Shown here one piece after another: positions 1-11,200 of a stretch of DNA of 64,000 nt. Source of the stretch: Felis catus. Taxonomy: Eukaryota. The translations under genes were made by a program, and so were the position numbers. The stretch is taken from positions 113,648,001-113,712,000 of the forward strand of contig NC_058368.1 of the NCBI RefSeq assembly GCF_018350175.1. Direction: 5' to 3'. The notes below the pieces were generated by a model. The model had not been told where the DNA came from. It searched no databases and saw only the letters and a list, made by a program, of their open reading frames with translations. The stretch's first letter is position 1, and each line of letters begins with the position of its first letter.

Positions 1-620
1 AAGATGACTGTGGTCCTCGTGCCCCTGCTGTGGGCAGCCGTGCATCTCAAAGCTGCGGCCAAGGACCCTGCAACCTCTGGCCAGTGGCATTATCGCCAGG
101 CCACAGGGCAGAAGGCAACAGTGCTCTAACTGCAGCTCCAAAAAGGCCAATTCCTATTTCCTGTCCCCACAGCCAGGGGCCGTACCTAGCCAGCCTACTG
201 TAACCCCCACCAGCCCACGCAGACCCTGCAGGTCCCGGCGACAAGTGTGAATGACTCCAGGAGAGACTCTCATTACTAGTGGAGCCTCCACTGGGAAGAG
301 GCTCAAGCCAGCTTGGGACAGGAAGATTCACAAATGGACAAGGAGACCAGTGAGTCCTGCAAGGAAGCTATGCAGAGTCCTGACCCCCACCAGCGCCCAA
401 GAGACGACTGCTCTGTCTTCATCCACACCGTCTAACCAGAAGGGCAAATCTGCATTTCCTAGAAAAGGGGGCCTTGGAAATGAAATGTATTACTCCTTGT
501 TTGGGGGATCAAGAGGAAGAGCTTTAACAAAACCGGTCTTTGGGGTCATGCAGAGAGCCTGGCAGGGCAACCACCACGGTGGCCATCCAAGGGCCCCTTA
601 CAAGGCCCTCAGCACAGCCC
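1..620 (+). pseudogene. ABCA5/6-subfamily fossil unit U0 (C-terminal NBD2 part only; continues left of window)
   Basis: Collinear decayed motifs: AAAK at ~53-64 (cf. YAAVKG); DPAG..RQV* 222-250 (cf. DPEGQQQMW); TLITS ~266-280 (cf. ALLTTH); EEAQA..DR 295-322 (cf. MEEAEAVCDR); YYSL ~488-499 (cf. EEYSL). By-eye translation. Confidence 0.75.
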
Positions 621-1209
621 TCAGAACTTCAGAGGGCTTTTGAGAAGACAACAATGCTCCTAGCCAAGGAGATGGGTGCTCTGTGAGCAAATACCCAAAC
701 ATGTGTGGTCCAAAGAACGGCTGGCAAGGAGGAAAGAAAAGGGTGGATCATAGAGAAGAAAGTCAGTCTGCCTCCATATAAACCAGGGGTGGTTCCTGCT
801 ACCCAGAAGGAGGTCCTTCCACGGCCACGCACAGAGTTACTGCAAGAGCACCTACTGGAAACCTCTTCCCAGCCTACCCCTGAATGTCCTGCTTTGCTGG
901 AGCCCAAGTCAGCAGACGCGTATGGAGGCAGAGCAAAGAGAAGGCCTGCCTCCCAGCAGAGGCTGCAGGGCATCCTTGCACCAAACCCAACATAAACCAG
1001 GGCCTGGGAACCAGGGGCAATCCCTGATGGTTTGAGGGTACCAGAACATTAGGGGACTTGGGTACCAAGTCCCACTCATGGAATCAATACAGCTGGAGAC
1101 AAAGTGGTCATGCTCAGGGGGTTCCTAGCTTTATGTTTGCTCTGACAAGTGTAAGGAACAGATTAATACGGTGGGGGGGGGGGGGTTGGAGAAACTTGGC
1201 AAAATGATA

Positions 1210-1385
1210 ACTAACAAAGGCGAAGGTTTATTAAGTGCTAGCCATGTGCTGGCTTTACCTTCATCATCTGATTTGGTCCTCACAATAATGCTCTGAAGCA
1301 GGTATTACTCACATTCTCACCTGAAAGGAGGAAATGAGGGCTTACAGAGGTTATGTAACTTGCCCAAGGTCACACAGCTCTGAGA
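1210..1385 (-). mobile_element. MIR
   Basis: GAGGTTATGTAACTTGCCCAAGGTCACACAGCT core. Confidence 0.85.
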
Positions 1386-1500
1386 AAAGCCTGCCTGCCG
1401 GAGCAGCGGTGTATCTAGGTGCAAACAATGCACATGCCCCTCTCCCCACACACTGCACAGAGCGGCCCCTGCCACTCCATGAATCCCAGGATCCCAGCAC

Positions 1501-1741
1501 TTTTTTTTTTTTTAATTAAAAAAAATTTTGGGGGGGGGTGTTTATTTTTCAGAGAGATAGAGAGAGAGACAAAGCGTGAGTCAGGGAGGGGCAGAGAGAG
1601 AAGGAGACACAGAATCTGAAACAGGCTCCAGGCTCTGAGCTGTCAGCACAGAGCCCGACGTGGGGCTTGATCTCACAAACCATGAACTCATGCCCTGAGC
1701 TGAAGTCAGCTGCTTAACCAACTGAGCCACCCAGGTACCCC
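1501..1741 (-). mobile_element. Can-SINE (felid SINEC)
   Basis: tRNA-derived head, (CT)n region and A tail on minus strand; degenerate CCAGCA(A)C-T-rich TSD. Confidence 0.95.
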
Positions 1742-2994
1742 CAGCAACTCTTTCTTTTAGAGGAAAGCTCAGGGGATTTTCATTCCAGAAAGGCTTGCAT
1801 TCCATCTGAGATGTCAAGACTTAAGCCTCGGGTTTCTCCAGGAGGAAGAGCGCTCCTTTCAAGCATTTCTCTGTCCCTCCGAAGGAGCTGGGAGGAGTCC
1901 CACCTGCTCGTGAGGATTGCACCTGGAAGCCAGCACCGAAAAGCCAGGGAAGACAGGTTACAGGTGTAATGCTGTGGTGTCTGGGAGAAAACAGACCCGT
2001 TTATTTCAGAGCTCCTGAGTCTGGGCAGGTTTTCATTTCTTCAGTAGAAGTTGTTAGGTTTCTCTTGAAAAAGCTTTTAGGGAAACGTACAACCACTGCA
2101 GATATTCTAGTCCTCGTGAGATTAATATGCTTATAGACATTACAACAAAACAGACTTGCACATCTCCCCTAAAATGAATTTAAATTATGGGAGAAAGCAT
2201 TTCACAGGTTTGAATGTAGTCAGCGGTTTTAAATGTCACTTTTTATTGACAACCATCTGGAGTGGGGATGAGGTGTGTTTTATGCCACTTGGCCGAGGTG
2301 ATGTTTGGCCTCTATTATGTCCTATTTCACTGTAATTAATTTTCTATTAGTGAGTAGCAATGGAAGTGAAAATGTGAAACACTACCTTACACACCATAGA
2401 GTGAACACAGGGGCTCTCAAAAGCAGCCCGGGCGGCGAGGGGTCACATCTCGGCCTGTCCCCCCAGCGACAACATCAAAGCTGTGGCTGGGTGAGGCAGC
2501 GCTGGGAAATCCTGTTGTATGTCAGCAAGGGAAGGGCAAAAATGTCTGAGCCCAAAAAGGGATTTCGAACAGAAACACGGAAAACGAGAAAAGGTGTATT
2601 TTTAATAGCACTGATCCAGATTTTGGAAACAATTCTGAATCTTACAGTGCAGGTGACAGGCACCGACAGGTTCACCAGGAAGTTCTCCCAAATGTGCAAT
2701 GCACACTGTCCCTGCTCTCCCTTCTTCTCCACTTCCCCTTTGCTCTGTTTGATGCAAAATATGCCACCCCCTTCATCCTCAGTTACAGAGGAAAAGATGA
2801 AGGAGCAATATGACCCAACAGGGAACAAGATCCGGGGAAAGTTCTGGAACTCTGGCCCTTGCGCCTCAGGCTGGATGGCGCCCACACTGCCAGTCCCTCT
2901 GGGGAGCTTCCCTGCTGGGCGGTGTACAATGAGAACAACAGCTCCCATTCCCATCATTCTAAACTTCAATCACCTTGAAGTTTTTAAAACACTC

Positions 2995-3760
2995 CATGAT
3001 TTCAACTACGTCCAACAATAGACATTTATTAACATCGACGATGTGCCAGGCATTGTTCTAGATGCCTGGGATAAAACGATGAGCAAACAAGATCCTTGTC
3101 ATTGTCAAATTCACATTCAGGCAAAGAGAAGAGGCAAGCAATGCATGTGATCCAGAAAGCATTTGATGTGTTAAAAGGGATTAAGTACCACAAAAAAAAA
3201 AATGAAAAGGTAGAGTTAGGTAGGTGGGGATAAAAAACACAGGAATTGGGGTGGAAATACGTTGCGGTAATAAATCAGATGATGTGGGAGGGCCTCAATG
3301 ATAAGGTGGGACTCAACCCAAGACCTAAAGGAAGTGAGGGAATTAGCCGAGCAGTTACCTAGGAGAGGAGCATCCAGGGACACCGTGCCAAGGCCCTGAG
3401 GTCTGTCATGTTCACCAAACAGCAAGGAGGGCAGCGCGGCTAGAAGAGAGTGAGCAAGGGAGACAGGAGGAGACCAACTCAGAGAGGCAGCAGGAAGCCA
3501 GATCTTGATGGAGCTGTAGGACAGCATGTGTTAGGTTTTCCTCTGAGAGACACTGAGAACCTTAGCAAGGATTTGAACAGAGGAATAACCGTCTGATGTG
3601 TTTCACAAGGACCAGTCTCCCTTCCGTGCCGAGCACTGACTGCAGAGCAGGGAGGTTGCAAAGGTGGAGGCAGGCAGACCAGGCAGAAGGTGTGTGCACT
3701 CGCCAGAAGAGAGATGTGAACTGCAGCCAGGATGGAGACCACAGAGGCAAGGAGTCGATC
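2995..3760 (-). mobile_element. L2 3' region
   Basis: CATTTATT..ATGTGCCAGGCATTGTTCTAG terminus in reverse orientation. Confidence 0.8.
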
Positions 3761-3790
3761 ACTGAGCATACTAATGCTTGCTCATCTGCT

Positions 3791-4135
3791 CCTGGAGCCG
3801 CATACTCAAACGCCAGATGGGGCCAAACCGATCAATTAAATCAACAAGGTAGACCAGGTTCACACAGATGCACATTAGACAGCACCCGTGTGCCCCGTGG
3901 GGAGGGGCAGCCGTTCCTCGGTGCCAGCCAACTATCTCCATAGAGGTCGGTGAGCCACGTGGCCTTATCTGAGAATTTTCCACAAAAAATGGGAAATCCC
4001 AATACATGGGGTTTCAGGGAACATCTTGTAATTTTTTAATGTTAGCAACCAATTCAAAAAAATATTTTTTAACATGTTGTCCAGGCCAAACACAACACCT
4101 CTGCAAGCTGGATTTAACCCCTGGGTTTGTCACTG
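3791..4135. mobile_element. MER102-like hAT-Charlie MITE
   Basis: Resembles MER102: ACTCAAACGCC..GGGGCC 5' part and TTTTAATGTTAGCAACCAATTCAAA..GGCCAAACACAACAC 3' part. Confidence 0.7.
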
Positions 4136-5949
4136 CTAATGCACCTGCGCAGTTATACTACAATAGGACTATCCACCAAGTTTATTTCCAAGGGCTTATG
4201 CTTTGTTTTGTTTTTTTTAATCTTCAAGAACATATCACCACTCACGCTGAATCTGTCTGGGAATGCAGCAAGCATTTTCAACAGGAGCCAGCAGGCTGAA
4301 GTCCTTCCAGGTAATGCTCTTAATAATTAATAATTAGGAAAATAAAGACAACACACACTTATCGAAGATGCAGGGGGCCTCTGTCACTCTCGGTGCAGGA
4401 AAACCTCATCAGAAACCCCACCTGGGATGAGCTTGTTACAAAGCAATGAATGCAGAAGTTATCCTGAACTGAGAGAAGCTAATGTCTAAATTCATCACTG
4501 TTTAGGTCAAAACGCAAAATCCACCTGAAATGATTTTGCAAGCATCCAAGGGAAAGAACAGGGAAATCTCCTCATCAATTCATATAATTACTGACATCTC
4601 ACATAATGAGCTTACCTTAGCCCCATAAATCAGCTGAACCACAAGTTATGAAGTGCCTGAAAGGGGAGAGAAGCTGGAAGTGTGCTTCATGGAAGAAGGG
4701 GCAGGGCAAAAGGCAGAGGGCAAAAATGGCAGCTGTTTCCCCCCACGCCTGGACCCCACCCTCCAGGCAGAAACCAAGGTCCCCTCTCAGAGCCACAGAG
4801 ATGCAGGAAGCACCAGACCCCTGCCCCGGGGCCACCCTCTCACCATGAAGAAGCTAAGGGACTACCATGAGCCCCACCGGGCTAAACGCTGCTCCTGCTT
4901 CTCTGAGGCTCCAGACAGCCCCCCAGCTACCCAGCGAGAAGGACCAAGATGAACAATTCTGCTACCAAGACCCAGATTGCAGAGCGCAAAGGAAGGGAAA
5001 AATTGGGCTAATTCCTATCTCAGTTAAGCCAAATACATTTCAATTCCACATTTGATAGGGCCTGTCTTTACTCACGACTAGAAAACCAAGAAAGGAACCC
5101 ACAGCTGTGTTGTGGATCACCCATGCAGCCTCACCACACATCTGGGGATGCAGAGCCACCCCACAGGTTTCCTGCAATGGCCACACCCCAAACTCTGCTC
5201 CCCAATCTGGCACAGCCGGCTGAGCAGAGAGAGAAAACAGAAGTCTTGGTGGCCAAGCCGTGACCTGACTCCATCACCCTCAATTGGGCACCCCGGGCAA
5301 GCTGCTGTTCTGCGGGCTCCTGTCCTGGTCCCATTGAGAGGATGTCCATCATTCCAGGGAGGTAAAATGAGAGGGCATGTTCCACCCACTCAAGGAGCCC
5401 AGCACCCACAGAGGAGACTCGACACTGACAAAACCCACAGCCAGGCATCTACAAAGGCAGATTCTTACTAGACAGTCACACACAAAAGCAGCGTCAACCC
5501 CCGTGCCAAACCCCGTGGGTGCTAAAGACATCTGGAGGAAGGTATTAATTCTGAGCATGAGGTGCGAGTCAGACAGCGAGGACTCCAACAAGAGCAGGAA
5601 GGTCAGGCAGGAATGGACGCCTGCCCGCAATCCTAAAGGCAGCCCACGTGACTGGGGGGAGGTGGTGGCAGAACACCACTTTTCCTTCAGCTCTGCCTGG
5701 TCGACACCTACCCGCTCAGCACGCGATCCATCTTGAGCACTGGGTGCCGAGGGACTGTCACCATCAGCAGAAAGCCCATTTGGATTCAAAGCTTCTATCT
5801 TTCTACTGAGAAGGCCTCTGAGAGGACAGCTCTTCAGAATTACAGGAAGACAGATGGGAAGGGCACGGGCTACGTGCCTGGCACTGTGATAAGGGCGATG
5901 CATGCATTTTGCCAATCAAGTCTCTCAGGGAGGATCCACGAGGAGCTTC

Positions 5950-6280
5950 AGTTAGGTGCTCAGAGCACAGACTCTGGCTTTCTATCCCTGTTGTTCTACT
6001 TTCCAACTAGGGGACCGTGAGCCAATGGTTGAGCTTTACCTCAATATCTGCATCTGTAAAACGGAAATAAAATAGAAGTTGCCAAGTAGGGCTGTTACAA
6101 GGATTGAGTTACTTAAGTCACTGCTTCAAAAGCCTAAGTGTGAACGTTAGGTACCATTCACTTATGCCATTATATCAGTTTTCACTGAGAACATCAAAGC
6201 TCAGAGAAAAAAGTAATTTGCCAGAGGTCAAAGAGCTGGTAAGTAGCAGAGCTGGGTCTCGAACTGAGGTCTCATCCTTC
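5950..6280. mobile_element. Two MIRs tail to tail (+ 5950-6150, - 6160-6280)
   Basis: CATCTGTAAAACGG core on plus; GCTCAGAGA..AAGTAATTTGCC..GGTCA core on minus. Confidence 0.75.
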
Positions 6281-7059
6281 AACAGTGTGAAACATGAAAA
6301 GCATCCTGGGATGCTGCTGAATATGGCTAAAACCAACTCAGAGGGAATGAACAGCTTAATTATATCAGTGAAATATGTACTGAAACCGGACATAATTTCA
6401 TGGTCTGAAAAAAACAGATATAAGATCTATACTTAAACCCCATAGCTGTCAACATAAACCAACTCCTATCCAAGGAGAATGGGCAATTTTAAAGGAATTG
6501 GTCTTTTTTTTCCCTCTAGGTAAAGATGACAGCCCTACGCTATACTTTAAGCTACAGTTCACAACTGGGGTAAAATTTGGGAAGAGACAACAGACAGGAA
6601 AGGGCAGCAATGAGAAGTGTGAACCCAAGGGCAGGATGTGATAAAAATCACATCCACCTGGGACCCAGGTCGCCGGGTTCTTGCTGCCATTAACTGGCTG
6701 AGTGCACCTGAAAGTGGGGGGGGGGGGGTGATTAAGTTAGCCAAGTATTCAATGATCCCCTTAGATGGTGACCCAAGGGTGCCTAAATCCTGCCTGGACC
6801 CATCTTCCTCTCCTCCTCAAGCTCCTTGAGGAGAATAGAGGATAAAAAAGCATGGAGCACTACTTTTGTGAGTTCAAATCCCAATATAAAATAACACTGA
6901 CTCAGGCTAGACCACACAGAGAACTCCTATCACCCAGGCTAACACAAAGAACCTCATTCTCCCAACATAAAACTGGATCACAAGTCTTTCTGCTGAGAAA
7001 ACAGTCCATTGTACACCCACCAGCACTGGACAAAATGGAGCGAAGTATGTAAGAATGTT

Positions 7060-7455
7060 TGGAGCATACATCAAGTCACATCACTCCCTGGCTTAAAGCT
7101 CATTAGCAGTTTCCCCCCTGCAGAGAATGACATGCTAAGACCTGCCACAAGGCTCTGTAGGTTCTGCACCTGCTCGTCCCTTCCCCCCACCCCTCCCCCA
7201 CTCACTCTTCTCCTTGCCACACCCCTCCCACAGGCCAAGCTCTCGCCACTTTGGAGCCTTTGCTAATGCTGTTTCTTCTCCCCAAAAGGTTATTTTGCTG
7301 TCACTTGATTTCCTTCCTAGCAGTTACTATTATCTGAAAACCTATGATTTGTTTTCTTGCTTATTGCCTGTTTGCTCTCCTAGATCCTAAGTCCCATGAG
7401 AAAAAAGCCTGTCTTTGATATTCACTGCTGTGTCCCCAGAACTCAGCATACACTG
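7060..7455 (+). mobile_element. L2 3' region
   Basis: CATCACTCCCTGGCTTAAA..TAAGTCCCATGAG..TTCACTGCTGTGTCCCCAG. Confidence 0.75.
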
Positions 7456-8029
7456 CAGACAAGGCAGAGTGTCCAGGCCTCCCCAAGTCCACCATGATGG
7501 AATGCTCTCGCCAACGAGATGGAAGAGACTGGAGATGAGGAAAGGAGACAATCAGAGACACAGACCCAGACTCAGGGGTGGCTGTGTGGTCTTGCTCTCA
7601 CATGGCTCCACTAAGATCCTCAGCCCACCAATGTCAAAGATGAAAGAGAAAAGAAAATCCACACTCCTTTGCTGTGACATTATCACACTGTAAGCTCCGC
7701 CTCTGGAATTCAAAACCTCCTAAGGGTTCCTGACCTTGAAGCCCACCAATCCTTGCCCTCCTCCTCAGGAATAAAGAGCTGGTCTTCGATTCCAATCCAT
7801 CCTTGAAGAAAGGTATGGGGAAGAAAGAGACACATCTTCAGCTACCAGATGTAGCCAACATGTAAATAAGACACTTAATCCTCTGTAGACTCCCACTTAC
7901 TTTGTTTTTTAGACTGCATGACTTTTAAGCTTATTTGCAGTACACAGTCTCCAATTTTATGCTATGAATAAAGGACACAAGCCTCCCCCAAGGACTTATT
8001 CCCCAGGAAAGTGAAACAATATGTCAAGA

Positions 8030-8235
8030 ACAGAACATGTATTCCAGGAAGAAACAAGACTGGGGGACATCCCAGCTCTACCATTTATTAGCTATGTAGC
8101 CTTGACCATGATTCTTAGCCTCTCTGAGGCTCAGCTTCCTCAGCTGTCAAATGGGAGGATAGCTCCCCCCTTCCCTCCTAGGTGGGTGGGAAGACAGGCT
8201 CCAGCACCATGTCTGATGCACAAGTTATGTTGTGT
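8030..8235 (+). mobile_element. MIR (another at ~8690-8900)
   Basis: ATCCCAGCTCTACCATTTATTAGCT..CCTCTCTGAGGCTCAGCTTCCTCAGCTGTCAAATGGG. Confidence 0.8.
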
Positions 8236-11200
8236 GAAGGTCAGTCCCATCTTCTTCCCAAGCCCCTTCCCTAAACACACACCTGTGAGCACAGTCCACC
8301 GGGCTCCTGAGAGGGAGCTTCCAAGTCTGAGGATACCCCAGGCCACCATACAATCTTCAAAGTGTCATGACAACCCACTCCCAACTCCATGCAGGAAATG
8401 CCAGACATGATTCCCCACTTCTCCCATCCTCCAAGAGGATCTTCCCTTTCTACATTCAAAGCTGGAACGAGACAATACTGCTGATGCACCAAAGGGGTAT
8501 GTTTAAGCCCTGTTATGCCCTTCACAAGTGGCATGTGCCTTGGAATCTGAAGGAGAAGGACCGAAAAGAGTCCTTAGGGTCAGGGAAATCCTAAATGCTT
8601 GAGCCATGCACAGGTGAACAGGGAGGCTGCACTCCACACAACGGCCTGAGGCTCCCAAACCTCTGTGGGCTGCAGGCCACCGGACAGCTGGGAAAGGCAG
8701 TCCGGCCTAGATTCAGTGCATGGCCAAGGTCAAATCTCCAATCTGCCATGTCCTACATGTATGAGCCTCTGCTTCCCTTTCTCTAAAATAGCCTAATAGT
8801 ACTCTTGCAAGACTGAGATAATGCATGTATACACTTAGCACGCAATAAACATGACATGGGTAAGAGATATACAGCAGACACTCACAGAAGACTAGCTGTT
8901 GATTAGCAATCATTGGGTTGGCATGTTCCTCTGTTAGGGTGGAAGGATATACATGCAAATATCCCAATCACTCAGTCCTTCAACATCTATTAAATGCTAC
9001 ATGTCCGGCCCTTGGAGAGTTTGCAGCCTGAAAATTCAGTTTAGCTCAGTTCAGCATTTAGCAGGCATCTCCTGCATTGCAGGCCAGGGTTGAGCACGTG
9101 GGGGTGTAGGAAAGGATGTCAAAGCAAAGCAGATGTGGACAGACCAGCAGGGGATCACCATAGGAGCAGCCTGCTCAGGCCATCACACAACCAGCCTTCC
9201 CCAGCCCTGAGAACTTAATTTCTTTCCTCGGCTTCATAACACCTCCCATCACTGAACCAAGACCTTACTACCTTTCAAGTCTTCCCACTTTATACCCTTA
9301 TTATCATGCTCCTGATACTCCACATTCACTGACACTTAATCAAGGTGTTCAGGTGGTTTATTACAAGACCTTCCAGCTGATATATTTCCCCTTATCTGGC
9401 AACTCCACCACAACACCCGTTGGTGTTTGAAAAGATCTTCCCGAGGTATCATTTCACTTGTTCCTGATAATAATTAATTTTAAGAACTGATCAAGATGTC
9501 CTGGAGAACCGGACTTTGAAAATTGATGGCCAGAGAGGTTTATCGTGACAACCGGGCCTTTGTAAGATGTTCCAAGCAGGTTGGCCGCAGGAAGCAGAAG
9601 AAAGGCTGCTTTTTGATAACCATCTCAGGGGCTGCACAGATCACTGCTGTCAAAATCTGTTATTAGTTTCGTTATTCCCAACAAGTTCCGTTTTCTGCCC
9701 ATTGGATAACTGGCCAGGAAGACATCACTGCATTTTAATGGAGCCAACAAGTATTAAATAAAGACTAAGTCCCACACAGCCTGGGGCACAACGCAAAGGG
9801 AGGGCGAGGAGAATGGGTGCTGACCCTGGCATTCACAGGCCCGGGGTGAGCTCCAGGTGGGAGGGAGCATGCCATTCCAGCTCTCCAACTGGCACCAGCC
9901 AGGGCACGGTCAGAGATACCCCACACACACACACGGGAGAGTGGCTTTCTCTCCTTAGAGGCTGGGATGGAGAGGGAGGCTGCAATGAGCTGTATGACCG
10001 AGTGTCGAGAAGGGGTGTACATGCTGGAAAGGCAGAAATGCTACCTTGAGAAAAACAGCAGGCTTCACGGACGAGCACACCAAGTATGAAGACCCTACCT
10101 AGGAAAGGACATTTTCTAGCATCCTGCTTTGGGTAAAACCCAGTGTCACATCACAAATTCCTATGTTCCTCGGTACCAGTGGCAGCAAGGGTTCCATCCA
10201 GCAGGAAGATCTTTACCCAGCATGTTCCCAGGGACCAGGTGTGGTTCTGGGCTCTACCGAGGATCTGGTGAAGGACAAGACAATGTTTCATGCCCTCCAA
10301 GTCCAGTCGGGGACGCACGCCAATAAAACAATGAAAATAGGTGGTGTGTGAGCGGCTGGAAGAACTGTTTAATCCAGTTCTGGATTTAGCTGAGACTTCC
10401 CACAGGCGCCTCTGAGCTAGGGCCTGAAGGGTGGGTCATGATGATCAGGTACCAGGCCCCCTGGGTCACACACAGGCATGGTGGCTCGAGTCCACGCAAA
10501 TGAGGGCACCCCAAACAGATAGTGACAATCCCCCAGAACACCAAACTCTCACTCCATCCCATGGCTTTCATCCTCTTCTGCAAAAGAAATTCTACTTAGA
10601 TTTTTTTTTTAAAGTGTTGAATATGAGTTTCCCCCGCTCTCTCCAGGCCTCACCGCCATGGTAAAGAAGAGGTGTGTGTGCCTGACACAGCCACCAAGGG
10701 TAAAGAGGAAAGTGGACAAGAGGCACTTTAGGCCTCTGTGATGCAGAGCCCTCGGACTCCAGATGACCCCCCAGATAAACAATCCACCCTAACGACAGAG
10801 GGTTGAGGGAAATAACTGCAGACCATGAAGATGGAGGGTGTGAGCCCAATGCAACAGTGACCTCATAAATTACTTCTCTTACCAGATGATTATTTCCCAC
10901 TCAGCTCAGATGCAAGTGCGCATTCATCAGAGCACAGGTGTGCACCCAGAAGGCCGACTATGCCTCAGGACCTCACTGACAAGCGGCTGGTACAGAGATG
11001 ATGCTATCATCCAATTTCTGCCCGCTGCGTGCCTTGCTCCAAACTGAACATCCAGCAGCGACAGAGAAGAAGTTGGGCCAGAGTGAAAAATTAGTTGGAT
11101 TTCCAGTCCTACAGACAACAATCCTGGAAGAGGTGATGTGTGGGAGATGGGTATGTGTGGGGAGAGGTTGCCAAACCAAAATTTGCCACTTTTGACATCA

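Larger units (their letters stand above)
654..9560 (+). pseudogene. ABCA5/6-subfamily intronless fossil unit U1 (full length, TE-interrupted)
   Basis: MLLAKEMG 654-677 (cf. MSTAIREVG); QTC..KN 696-718; LTLN 4241-4252; VLPG 4301-4312; YPELREANV ~4460-4486 (cf. NYEELSEGNV); QGKE ~4546-4557; PQTLL..TAG 5186-5220; VKHEK ~6287-6301; YKI..TQ ~6885; LEERYG 7802-7819; RKVK ~8005; GLL..GASKS 8301-8328 (Walker A2); KAKQMW 9121-9138. All in parental order. Confidence 0.85.
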
